In this document: piece by piece, positions 30,497 to 43,580 of the stretch
Position numbering within the stretch: the stretch's first letter is position 1
Layout of the letters: the number at the start of each line of letters is the position of its first letter
NCBI RefSeq assembly: GCF_009914755.1
Contig: NC_060929.1
DNA from: the human T2T-CHM13v2.0 reference genome, Homo sapiens
Direction: 5' to 3' (one strand)
Length of the DNA stretch: 64,000 bases
The notes under the pieces: model-generated
What the model was told of the DNA's origin: nothing
Seen by the model: only the letters and a program-made list of their open reading frames with translations
Database searches by the model: none
Translations under genes and position numbers: made by a program

Positions 30497-31103
30497 TTAA
30501 GAAGAGTGAGTAAGACCCAGCCTAGTTAGTCAACAGGTTTAGTTCCCAGCTAGAACAGACCAGAGAAGAGTGAATGGACTAGGACCAAATCTGTCACCCT
30601 CTCACCCTCCCACCTCCACCCCCTCCAGCTGAAATGACAGATTCATTTTAGCATAGAAAGGTAATTGGGTATAATCTGAATAATAACCATCAAAATATAA
30701 TACATCTGTTAATGATGAAAGCCAGAAAGTAATGTTTAAAATCAGACAGTGTATTCAAACCACTGTGTTCTTTGCCAACAATAATAGTGACTGAGGGTAA
30801 TTTTACATTTGTCTCGTTTTTTAAAAAGAATAAAACTTAAGCAGTTATTAAATATGTGGATGACCAAAGCTAGACCAAATAATCTATTAAGCTCTAAATA
30901 ATAACCTGTTATTTTGCTTTACTAATCATTTTTGTGCATATATTTGTCTTGGGGATTTCATCATAAGAAGTAATTGTGGCAGTCTAAGAGCTAGGCATTT
31001 TTGTGTTCTTGGCAAATTTATTAAACAGTCATAGTATAAAAATCCATCAGAATAAGTTGCTCATAAGATCACTTTCTCAACACATTTGTTCCCCATATTT
31101 TAG

Positions 31104-31205
31104 AAAAGGCGACGGCGGATTGACAGAAGTATGATTGGAGAGCCCACAAACTTTGTGCATACAGCTCATGTTGGATCAGGAGACCTGTTCAGTGGAATGA
31201 ATTCA
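31104..31205 (+). CDS. CDC42SE2: CDC42SE2 coding exon 2 (polybasic KRRRR plus CRIB motif [14 protein letters not shown])
   Basis: Acceptor ttttag ending 31103. 102 nt open frame [34 protein letters not shown]. Donor TCA|GTAAGT at 31206. Fits CRIB consensus I-x-x-P-x-x-F-x-H-x-x-H-V-G. Confidence 0.98.
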
Positions 31206-31630
31206 GTAAGTATGTTGGTGGGACATGCAGGTAGGGCATTGGGGCATAGTCATATGAAACCTGTGTGACAGGCACAAGCATTTTTAATAGCATTATGCTA
31301 AATGAATTTGTGTACAGTGAATGTAAATACATAATATGAGCATAGAAGAGAGAAGCAAACTACTGATGAAAAATTAATCTCTTTGAATTTCCTGGATTAG
31401 GTATTTGTTTCTGTTTCTTGTACGCAACTCTTCATAGCTGCCTTTGTCCCGAATAAATACTTTGAAACTTGAAAGGATTTGAGTTCAGAATGGAGGTTAA
31501 TATCCTATTGATTCTCTTGCTCCCACCAAAGAGACTTGGATATCAGCCTTTTTAATAATAATCTCTTTTTGTTCTTTTAAGTTCAGTTAGTTGCCTTTTG
31601 CACACATTTTTATTGCTTTACTTTATAAAC

Positions 31631-31934
31631 CAGTGGTCTCCAACCTTTTTGGCACCAGGGACCAGTTTCGTGGAAGACAGTTTTTCCATGGGGGAAATGG
31701 TTTTGGGATGAAACTGTTCTACCACAGTTCATCAGGCATTAGATTCTCATAAGGAGTCCACAACCAAATCCTTGCATGTGCAGTTCGCAATAGGGTTTGT
31801 GCTCCTATGAGAATCCCATGCCATCACTGATGTGACAGGAGGCAGAGCTCAGGCGGTGATGCTCACTTGCAGCTGCTCACCTCCTGTTGTGCAGCCCGGT
31901 TCCTAACAGGCCACTTCTGGTTTTGGGACCCCTG
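31631..31934. mobile_element. MER1B-like hAT-Charlie MITE
   Basis: CAGTGGTCTCCAA ... TTGGGACCCCTG inverted termini. Perfect 8-bp TSD TTATAAAC (31623-31630 / 31935-31942). Confidence 0.88.
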
Positions 31935-32811
31935 TTATAAACTATTCATCTTTACCTGGTAATATTAGAATGTTGGTGATTTATTTACTCTAAGTTCTCA
32001 TGCACTAAGCATAGGATTAGAATTTTCACATATCCCTTTAGGGCAAGGCAGTAAAAATTTGTCACATTTGCCAGTAGGATGTGAAGAACCAGAAATAAGA
32101 TTTATTCGCTGTCTTTTAATAGAGGTTTCAGTGAGTTTCAGAATAGGCTTTAGATCTACTCAGCTGACCTTTTAGTCCTTAATTTTTGTTGAAGAGAAAA
32201 CCAGAATGCATTATAATAGAAGCAGCACCAAATGCGGGTTCTTATCAGAGTTGTTCCTCACATTTGCCTTAAAGCAGGCCACTGAGTTTCAACAGACTGA
32301 CTCTTTTCCCCATGCCTAAAGTAAACAAGTATAAATGATCCCTAAAGTGTTCAAAACCAGAAAGGATTTTATAAACATAAAATTATGATCCACTGTATAC
32401 CAACTTACTAGACAGCATTAACAAAAGACTTAACAGGGACTTTAAAAATAGGTAGATGGGTATCCTGGATACAGCAACGACGTTTGTCACTGCAGTTACT
32501 AGGTAAGCAAAGGAATGACATTTGAACCTTCCCGGAAAGGAAACAGCTTGTTTGTTTTAAATCCGTAGGAAAAGTACTTTGTTTCACTTGACTGCTTTGT
32601 GGAAATGCAAGAGGTATCATGTTGCTGTCAAAACAGTCAGTAGTTTTGTTTCCTGCATCAACATAGAGTGAAAAGACTAAATGAGGCCCTATTACTTTTA
32701 TTAATATGGTTACTATAATAAAGAGAATGGGTAGTTTCAAATTTGTTATATATGATGAATTTTAATTTCTCTCTCATCAACAGATGTTGTCTCTGCCACC
32801 TCAGATTTTTA

Positions 32812-33171
<360 letters not shown>

Positions 33172-33565
33172 TTATGTACATTTCGGAATTTCCTTTAAGA
33201 TTCCTCCTTGAATGAAAAACCTGTCATTGGCTTACTATTTTTTTGCTTCTCATAGTTTAGGTAGAACTTTAGGACTGTACTTTGCAGGGCTTGCACACCT
33301 GCCTCTTAATCTTAGATGCAGGATTGAGATGGGACTTTAGCTGTGGTAGAGTTTCTACCTTGCTGTCTCCAGGCAGCCTTCTCTGCTACTGAAGTGGACT
33401 TTTTATGAAGTATTTCAGCCCTTTAGAGCTAAATGTGCTTCCCAAATGTGTTCTATAGTTATTTCGTATTTGAGTTTGCTATCTCTAAAGCAATATTCAG
33501 CATCCATCCCACTGTCACAGAGCACTGTGTTCTTGCTGCTAGGAATGGTGTTGTTCAATTAGTAA

Positions 33566-33868
<303 letters not shown>

Positions 33869-34419
33869 TGAAAGTATCATTGATAGTACTGATTTGATGA
33901 GCCTGACTCTGTGAGAAAAATTATGTTCTCCTATGCAATGCAATAATAAATAAGAAGAAACCATAAATAGACATGCTGTTTATTCAAATAAAAGAACTGA
34001 GCAGCTAGTATTAGGAATGTGGCTTGACGCATATGAAACAGGCTTGCCTAAACTATATTATTGAATGGTTAGATGACTTGTAATTTCTTTTTTCTTCTAA
34101 ATATATTATTCTTCTACCTTTACTTAGTGTAAAAGACTCTTTTCTACTACCCTCTTTCCAGAAAAGATTTCCGTTACCCGTTCAGTAATACAACCTTGCG
34201 TTAAAATATTGTATATTCACAGTCACAATAATACATTGTCTCAACACTGAAAGATTACTTATTAAAGTTACTTAATAAAGGTTACTTAAGATAAACCAAA
34301 TCTTTTAAATTGAAGAATTGACTTTTGGAGAAAAATACTTTTTTTTTCTTAGAATCTGCTTGGCATTATTGAATGCACAATGTAAAAACAAACAAAGATT
34401 TTGTGTTTGGTTGGTTTTG

Positions 34420-34696
34420 GGCTTTTTTGATGCAGAGTCTCATTCTGTTGCCCAGGCTGGAGTGCTTACTGCAGCCTTGACCGCCTAGGCTCAATCGATC
34501 ATCCTGCCTCAGCCTCCCCCAGTAGCTGGGACTACAGGCCTGCACCACCATGCCCAGCTAGTTTTTGTATTTTTTTTGTAGAGATGGGGTTTCGCTATGT
34601 TTTCCAGGCTGGTCTCAAACTCCTGGGCTCAAGTTATCTGCCTACTTCGAACTCCCATAGTGTTGGGATTACAGCTGTGAGCCACTGTACCTGGTC
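34420..34696 (-). mobile_element. Alu (AluJ-like)
   Basis: Diverged reverse Alu. Confidence 0.88.
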
Positions 34697-35963
34697 ATAA
34701 AGATGTTTTTTAAGCCAGGCCTAAAATATCTATAAAAGCTAACATGCCATGTTAAGTGGAAAATTACTTGGTATCAGGTTTGTGCCACATAACTTAATGT
34801 TAGTTACCATAAAGGGGAAGATGACGAATTTGAACTGGTATCATATGACAGGCCCTAGCCTCTTCACACTGCATTAACTGAGCAAGTTTATGTTTAAAAA
34901 ACAAACAAACAAAAATATAGATTTCTTCTTACACTCTTACCTGAAGGTAGTCATTTTATTAATCTGACTATTATAGCAATACCTTATAATGTGATATCAT
35001 ACGAATAAGATGTTCCATGTAAGTAAATTTCCAGGTTAGTAAAAATGTCCCCATTTAAGAGCAAAACACATTTTCTCATTAAGACTCTCTTGATCTAAAT
35101 AAGCTATGCATTTTCTGTTTTGCCATTATGTTCTTTTACAGTATATATTGAAACCTGACTTACTCAAAAAATGAGTTAGACAAGTCTTACTTTAAATATA
35201 TTGACTCAGAATCACCAGTGGAAAGCACCTCACCCTTCATGCCTTATGTTACAGTAGGTGCTCAGTAAGTATTTGATAAGCAGGTGACTGATAAATAGAT
35301 GATGCCCCGGTTCCTTCCAAATTGTGGAAGTGTGCAGGGCCCTTTGAGCTGATTCCATGAAATAAATACTCGACCACATTGCTAGTGCTCTCTCTCCACT
35401 AGTTAGGCCATCACCTCCAAAATCATATTGCTTGTGTTCCTTCTTCTAGCAGTCTAGCCTGACTCTCCAATTCTCTGCTTCCAGACTGCTTCTAATTTAT
35501 ATGAACTAAGACTGGAATAATAATGATATGCTAAAAGTACTTCACAGTTTGCAAATGACTTTATGTGCCTTTGTTTCAGCAAAAAGAAAATATCCCAATT
35601 TTCATATATCTTGCACTCTATCAGGAAACAGCCCTGCAATGTGGTCGGGAGAGATTACCATCTTAACCCTTTTACAGATAAGAAGCCTGATACTCAGAGA
35701 GGATAAATAGTTTACCCAGTTACAATATTAATAAATAAACTGGGACTATATCTGTCTTTGGATTCTTTGATTCTTTTTTATCAGGCTATATTAACATGGT
35801 ACATTTTTTGACACAGACTTTTAAGATTTATCTTTGGTTGGTCCAATTTTATTCATGCTTATTTTCTTGGTTTTGATTCTTTACTAAGTAATTGAGGTGA
35901 TTATATATGTGAGATATCTGTAAATTAAGATACTTGAGGTTGAGAAACAAAGTGGAGTTGATC

Positions 35964-36257
<294 letters not shown>

Positions 36258-36553
36258 CTATATATTTTTGACCATTTTTCAAATGTTACCAAGTGCCTTG
36301 TGAATTACAAAACTGACTTTTGTAATTTGGAAATAGAGAAAATAGGGGTTTTTGCAAAAAATGTTTCAGTTGCTAGCCTCCCTGTTTGTCCTTATAACTA
36401 GAAAATTGTTTGTCTATAAAAAAATTTTTGTCTATAAAAGTACCCTTCTGAAAAAAGCAGCCCAAATAAAATTCTGGGAAAAGAATTACTTAGTTGCACC
36501 GGACCTACTTCCTGACTTCCATTTTGTTTTGTTGTATTTTTGTCTTGTTTTAG

Positions 36554-36652
36554 GTTAGCTCCATTCAGAACCAAATGCAGTCCAAGGGAGGTTATGGAGG
36601 TGGAATGCCTGCCAATGTCCAGATGCAGCTCGTGGATACGAAGGCGGGATAG
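36554..36652 (+). CDS. CDC42SE2: CDC42SE2 coding exon 3 (VSSIQNQMQSKGGYGGGMPANVQMQLVDTKAG*)
   Basis: U-rich tract then TAG acceptor ending 36553. 32 codons plus TAG at 36650-36652. The spliced ORF is 84 aa and includes the SPEC-family QMQSKG motif. Confidence 0.97.
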   Translation, partial: VSSIQNQMQSKGGYGGGMPANVQMQLVDTKAG

Positions 36653-36950
36653 CCCTGGTCCTTTCTCCAGTGAGTACTCAGAGCTGGGGTCTGGACCTGA
36701 CGGCCAGACATGGCCAGGCCAATAATAGTAAATATATGTATATATATATAATTTTTTAATGGTGAACTTATTGGGAAAGGCAAAATTACTCAGCTAAGTG
36801 TAGTTTCTGCACTTGGAATGTAAGTTTTAGGTTCTTTTCCTTATTAAGAACTTTAAATACTTTAAAACATCTGGTTGGGGAGGATTCTGATGACAAGATG
36901 CTTCTTATGTGTCCTTTAAACAAGAGTGAAATCATTATTTTGAGTATTGA

Positions 36951-37238
<288 letters not shown>

Positions 37239-40150
37239 GTACTGATACTAAAGATAATCTCTTGGGTAGTAATTTTACAGTTAAGACTTCATTGTTTATA
37301 AACTTTTCAAATTAATTAAAAAGACTACTTTGAAAAAGGATAAACCCTGAAAATGTAGAAATAATTTCAAGTTTTTTTTTGTTTTATAGGGTTATTGTGA
37401 ATTTCTATATTTTCTCTGTCCACTATTCTGTAATTTTTTTTTGTCCTGTGATTGCTTTTATTTTGAATTACAAAAAAGAAGTGTGATGGCACCTTGTCCA
37501 CCCTGTCGTGATTATTCCAGTGAGATGTTACTGTTCTGCTCTGAAGAAGATACTGTCAGACGAATCCTGCATTTCCTTCAGCTGGCATGCATGCCTTTGG
37601 ACTCATGGACAGAGTTCTTTGGATTGTCACTGAATTTTCAATGTTTAATCAGTATGGATCTGATCTTCGCATGATCTTTTTTGTGAATGCTAACACCATT
37701 TTGCAGTTTTTTTTTTCTATTTTAAACATTTTTCTTTTCACTGCCGACCCCCTGCCTTACGATTTTATTGGAAAGCAAGGACCTGCTATTATTTGTTAAT
37801 TTGCCATCATTTATGTATATTTTGGAAGGTATGAGACCCACAAGCACAATGATCATTTTTATTTGTTTGTTTGTTTGAAACTTCAGCAGAATAGATATCT
37901 GCATGCTTTATGAAGTTGTTGCTTCGGTAAGAGCCCATGGGATGCCAGAAATTAACATTTCTTTGCTGCCATGGGCTGATGATGCTGCTATTAGATAAAG
38001 TTTAGCTGTGGCACCAAGTCACATCATTTTCATAGAAAAAGATTACTTGTAGCTTATTTTAGAAGTATGACCTTTTGGTCTGTTTGATTGATTGATTAGA
38101 ATTGCAATAAAAGAAAAGCTTGCATTCATAAGGCATTCATTCTGTTGTAAATGTTCAATATATTTATTTTGAGAGCAAGGACCTGTGGTTGTAAACAGGT
38201 GTGGTTACAGGTGTGGTTATGTATCTGAGTGTTGCGGTCATACTCTCCTCCAGTCCAATCCTGAGCATCTTCATCTTATTAATTAGCTGTTCGTTTCTTT
38301 GTGCACTCATTCTTTTATTTTTACTTCTTTTTAATGTTATGGTATCCAGTTGTTTCCAGTAGCAGTTTCTTGAACTTCTGGCCTGTACTACTAACTGCAG
38401 ACCTCCAGAGTCACTGGCCTTTCTGTGCTCTACATATTATTTTAGGGGCCACATCAGTTGCCAAGAGCAACATACATACCGACCTGGCTGAATTATTGCC
38501 AGTGAAAACAACCTGTACGAAGCCTTTGCTCAGGTTCTAAAATATGTTTGTCCTTGCACGAATTTTGTATATTTCAAATATTTCTGTAAAGGTTTCTTCT
38601 TTTCTGTTAGAGTGTGGTGTTAAGCCAGAGTCAGTGGTTTGTGTTCTCATTAAAATGTTTGTTTAAATCCTATGTCCAATTCAAGCCTATCTAACTACAT
38701 TTGGTAGGATTAACATTTCATATAACAAATGGGGCTTAATTAAAAACTTTAACTTGGAATAAAGGAACAGGGATCACTTTATCTTCTGCCTTCATTTACC
38801 TTAGTCCAAGATTCTTGCAAAACAGGCAACTGAACAAACATTAGGTTTATGTAGGTAAAATGTGAAAGCATTTCTCCTCCACTTTTTAAAATTTAATTTA
38901 CCCAGTACAGCGGGGCACCAGATTACTTGATCTTTGTATTTTGCAGTTTTGAGCCTTTGTGTCAATCCCAAGCACAGAGAGGATCTGCCAAGGAAAAACA
39001 TTTGCATCTTCGGAGTAGACATTTTGCAGTTTGTTTAATAACAACTTCTAAAGTAAGTTGAATTCATCCATTGTCACTGATTCACCAAGTGGATGTTGCA
39101 TTGTGGAATTTGCCTGAGTACTGTTGTCATTCTGCTCAGCCAGGCACGGTCAGTTTCTTGGCCAGGGACATTGCTATGTGCTGTGTGCAAGCTCTTTAGA
39201 AGAGAGATTGGATTTTCTTGGCATTATCAGCACTCATGCTATTTAGTCTACTTCTATTTTGACTGACTCTTTAAATTAGTACAATTTTTCTACTTGTCAT
39301 ATAACTCCTGGAACAATAGTACGGGAAGCCGTGATCCTTTTCCCTGACTCATGATTTTAGTCTTTTTCCAAATCGCTGTTTTTTTTTTGTTTTTTTTTTT
39401 TTTTGCTGCTCCAACGACCAGCATGTGTTGGAGCAGATCTCCATGGTAAGCCAAAAGTGGACTTGTCAGCCTATAACTACTCTGCAGCTGCCACTAACTC
39501 TACAGGCACAGTAACTACACTTTATACAGGAGCACATGCCAAAGTGCCTGGGAGGTGCCAATAAAATCAAGAAATAAGAAAACTACAAAAAAAGATACGG
39601 TATTAACCTTGGACATAATTTTTTTTAGGGAGGCAGCTTTCCCACTTTTATAAAGGGGGTTGTAAATCTCAAGAGGTCATTTGTTCCCCATAGCAGCATA
39701 TCTCATTTTTAAATTGAAGCGAATTAAATAGGATTTTACTACTCAACATTCATTATACTGTTAATCTTTGCTGAAATATATGCTAACAAATGTTAAGCAA
39801 GGGAAACTGAAGACTTAGTCATGTGGATTGTTAGCAGTGATCTGCATTCTGTAAAAGAGGTACTTTCCCATGATGTAGGCATGAAGTGGTGCCAGTAAGC
39901 GTAGAGCGGAAATGTTGACTTTAGTTAACATTGGGTTTAGCATTTCCAGTGCAGCATTATCAGTGGGCCTTTAAAAATACTTCGTAAGTACATTAGCTTT
40001 CACTTTGTTGTTAAATTATAGCAGACTCATTATAGAGAACAAGTTTGCCTTGATTTTGTTTAAAATGACTTCTGCTAAGCACCCAGAAGATAAAATTGAC
40101 ATATTTTTATAATATAAGCATACTTTTTTTGTACATTGTGTTCATTCTTG

Positions 40151-40215
40151 AATAAAATGAGTTCTGTGTTGGCTTGTAGATACTAAAAAGAAAGTATTGA
40201 TTTTGATTCAATAAA
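40151..40215 (+). terminator. Distal polyadenylation signals
   Basis: AATAAA at 40151-40156 and 40210-40215. TGTA at 40130 upstream. GU/U-rich element at about 40232-40276. Confidence 0.75.
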
Positions 40216-40694
40216 TGTTTTCTTTCAATCCTGGTTGGCCTTTCCTTTAAATTTTGTTTAGTTTTTCTTTTCTTTCAAGGAAGGAATTATTTACCAGAAT
40301 TCAGTTAGAGCACCTTTTTTGCATTCTTATATTTTCAGTCATGATTCCTATCATGCAAAAAACAACTTAAAACTTTTTGATTTAAAAGAGAATTTAAATT
40401 TCTATCATTGTAATCTTTAACTTCACAGTTCACCTCTTAATTTAACAAATACCTAGTCAGAATGAAAATTAAATGGATAGAAATAGGACTAATAAAACAT
40501 TTATGCCTGGTGCAGTGACTCACAACTGTAATCCCAGCTCTTTTGGAGATGGAGGTGGGTGGATAGTTTGAGACCAGCCTGGACAACATGGTGAAACCCT
40601 TTCTGTAAGTTTTTATTGCCTATCAACCACATGATTTTTAACAGAGGTATCAGATATCTACACAGCTTTCCATGATGAAGCATCTTGTCCTTAT

Positions 40695-40831
40695 AGTATA
40701 TGTAGGACTTAATTAAAATGAAATTAAATTAAGAATTCTCCTCATACTTAGCCACATTTCAGGTGCTTAGCAGTGTCATGTAGTGATCAGCTGCTGTATT
40801 AGGAAGTTATAGACTATTTCCACCATCACAG
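40695..40831. mobile_element. MER3/MER33-like hAT fragment
   Basis: Motifs tagccacatttcaggtgct and tatttccaccatcacag. Confidence 0.55.
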
Positions 40832-40875
40832 TTTGGGGAGTTAGTTTGTAGTTTGCCTCTAAAATGGTTTATGAC

Positions 40876-41086
40876 ACTGGTTCCCATAGGGAGTGATTTT
40901 GCTCCCCATGGAGACATTAGAGCAATGTCAGGAGACAGTTTTGGTCATCACAGCTTGAGGAGGGGGTGGTGCAGGCTCTGGGGAGTGGAAAGTAGGGATG
41001 CTGGTAAATATGCTGTGATGTACAGGACAGCCCCCACCACAAAGATTGATTGGGTCCAAAATGTCCGTGCCACAGCTAAAACCTGT
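40876..41086. mobile_element. MER20-like hAT MITE
   Basis: Motifs gtgattttgctcccc, gcaatgtcaggagacagttttggt, caggacagcccccaccacaaag, ccaaaatgtc. Confidence 0.75.
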
Positions 41087-43159
41087 TTTAAGACAAAGAA
41101 GATCTCTACGTCTGCATACTCACCAGGTGTAACCTGTTAGGGACTCTTCGTTGCATTAGATCATGTGCACAGGTAAGTGAGGTGTTCTGCTGGTCGAATA
41201 CTGAGAATAGGTGAGTTAGGTTTTGTTTTATGAGAATTGCCACAAAACATTCTAAAAACAGAAAAGACAAATATTAGGAAAGACTATTTCAAAACTTCTG
41301 GTAACTTTTGTCCTTATCCCATATCCAAAGATTCTAAAAAGAAATTGGCTTAAAATGAAGTTCTTTGCAAAATAAAATTCTGACAATCCCAACTATGAAA
41401 AAGTATCTGAAGAAACTGATGTTGGTAGACCAAGAGCAATTACATTGTGAGCTTATGTTTTTAAAGGATATGCATAAAATGTTGAAGGAGGGGCACATAA
41501 CCACAAAAAGAAATATCTATAAAATAATAGAGTATCAGAGTCTAGAAATTGCTAATATTTATGAAGACGCAAACATCTACAAAATTGATAAAGACGAAGG
41601 AAATTCTGTGCCCTCGGCTTAAAGTACACTATACACAAACTTAAAAGAAGTCATTGAAACTTTACCTTCTACTTGTCTCCATCTAGAATGGTCCAGTAAG
41701 AATGAAACCATTAAATTACTCATCTTCATCTGACTTTTTATGTTGTAGCACCTTAACTTTTGGTTTTCATAGTGTTTCTCAGACTATGAGGGTTTGCCTT
41801 TGATACCTTGTCCCAGGATTCCTTGAGCCCTGGAGTTCAAGGTTACAGTGAGCTTGACTTACGATGGTGCCTCTGCACTTCAGCCTGGGTGACAGAGCAA
41901 GACCCTGAATCTTTGAAAAAATAAAAGTGTTTTTCAATGAGCTGCTCCATCTATGCAGGAAGGAAAAAAAAAACTTTATTGTAGATATATGCAACCTCTA
42001 GGCTCATTTTGACCCCTACCTCATCTTTTTAATGCCCATCATCTTAATGTTGTATCTGGTTTGCCTTTGATGCCTAGAAGAAGAAAAAAATCTTTGCATT
42101 TACTAAAGAAAACAGTTACTCCCTGAGTAAGATCAAGTGTTTGATCTGGGACCTTATAAGGAAGTTCTCAAAGAATGGTGATCTTGGTATTGAAGAAAGC
42201 TGATTTTCATCTCATTAGAAGGTAATCTTTGCAGAAAAGTAAAGCCGGTGCTTCATTCTAACCCCCAGATTTTCTATTTTGTAAATCCAAGCTATGGAGT
42301 TCATTAGAGCTTTTACAACTCACTAGAACTCATGAGTTCAGTAGCTTTAGACAGTTAAATGCAGCTGAGAACCTGCCTTGGGGGCCCAGAAAGAATTCCT
42401 AGGCTTATGGGAATGTTTTTTGTTTTGTTTTTCTCCCTTAAAGGAGCAGCAAGCAAGTAACACACTTCTTTCAAAATCTTCAGAGCCTCACCTAGTTACC
42501 TATTTCTTAACCATTGCTTTAAGTTATATAAACATATTCATCCTTTTTATGTCTGTGTCTTTCAAATAAATATGTAAGCTGGCAGAGTCCTTTGCCTTAG
42601 ACACCACGCCTTCCCCCAGAGCCTCCGCTGCTGCTGTGCTCTCCCGCAGGGCTTCATCTGCTGGGCGCTGCTTCCTTAGGGAGTATGTAAAACATTTCAG
42701 CTGCTGTTTCTGGGTTTCTGCAAAAAACTGTTTTTACTTTTCAGAAATACTGCAAAGGAAGTAAAAACCACTCTGCTTCTGTCTTTTGGCAAAACCACCC
42801 AGATTCCAAATGGGGTAATTTTAAGTTCAATCTCTTTCCAATGTCCATAATGTCCATTGTGTCCTATTATCATTTTTCACAAGTGTATGTAGGTTTTGCT
42901 CACCTGATTTTCTCTGGATAGGTACAGCGTAAGTGTACCTAATAAGGGACTCGACTGTCCCTCTCTAAATGCAGCCACATCCAATCTGTGCACAATGGAA
43001 TTAAGGCCACAGACCATCTAAGCCAATAGCATAGAAGGATCTGTTACTCCTAAAACCAGAAACAGAAACAAGCAGTCCTTTGTCCCTTCTTCCCTCTTTT
43101 CAATCTGATATTCCTATAGGAAACTAGTATGATCAGATAGACATTTTAGAAAAGTATCA

Positions 43160-43580
43160 GCTGGGCATGGTGACGCATGTCTGTAGTCCCAGCTACTTTG
43201 GAGGGTGAGGCAGATGGATCACTTGAGCCCAGGACTTGGGTCCATCCTGGGCAACATAGCAAGACCCTATCTCTTTTAAAAAAAGAATCTAAGGGTTGGA
43301 CACAGTGGTTCACGCCTGTCATCCCAACACTTTGGGAGGCCGAGGTGGGCAAATCACAAGGTCAGGAGTTCGAGACCAGCCTGGCCAACATGGTGAAACC
43401 CCATCTCTACTAAAAATACAAAAATTAGCCAGGCTTGGTGGTGCACATCTGTAATCCCAGGTACTCAGGAGGCTGAGGCAGGAGAATCGCTTCAACTCAG
43501 GAGGCGGAGGTTGCAGTGAGCCAAGATCGTGCCACTACACTCCAGCCTGGGCGACACAGTGACACTCCGTCTCAACAACA
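43160..43580 (+). mobile_element. Alu monomer (43160-43285) followed by a full Alu (43294-43580)
   Basis: Alu similarity. TSD aaaagaatcta. Confidence 0.88.

Noticed and set aside
36540-36725. ORF-track 61-aa ORF over the last coding exon
   Set aside because: It is an alternative frame of the real CDC42SE2 exon and starts at an intronic non-ATG codon.
41365-41622. 85-aa protein-like ORF downstream of the gene
   Set aside because: TTG start, no recognisable family and no clear splice context. It may be a degraded transposon. A Dfam or tBLASTn hit would be needed.
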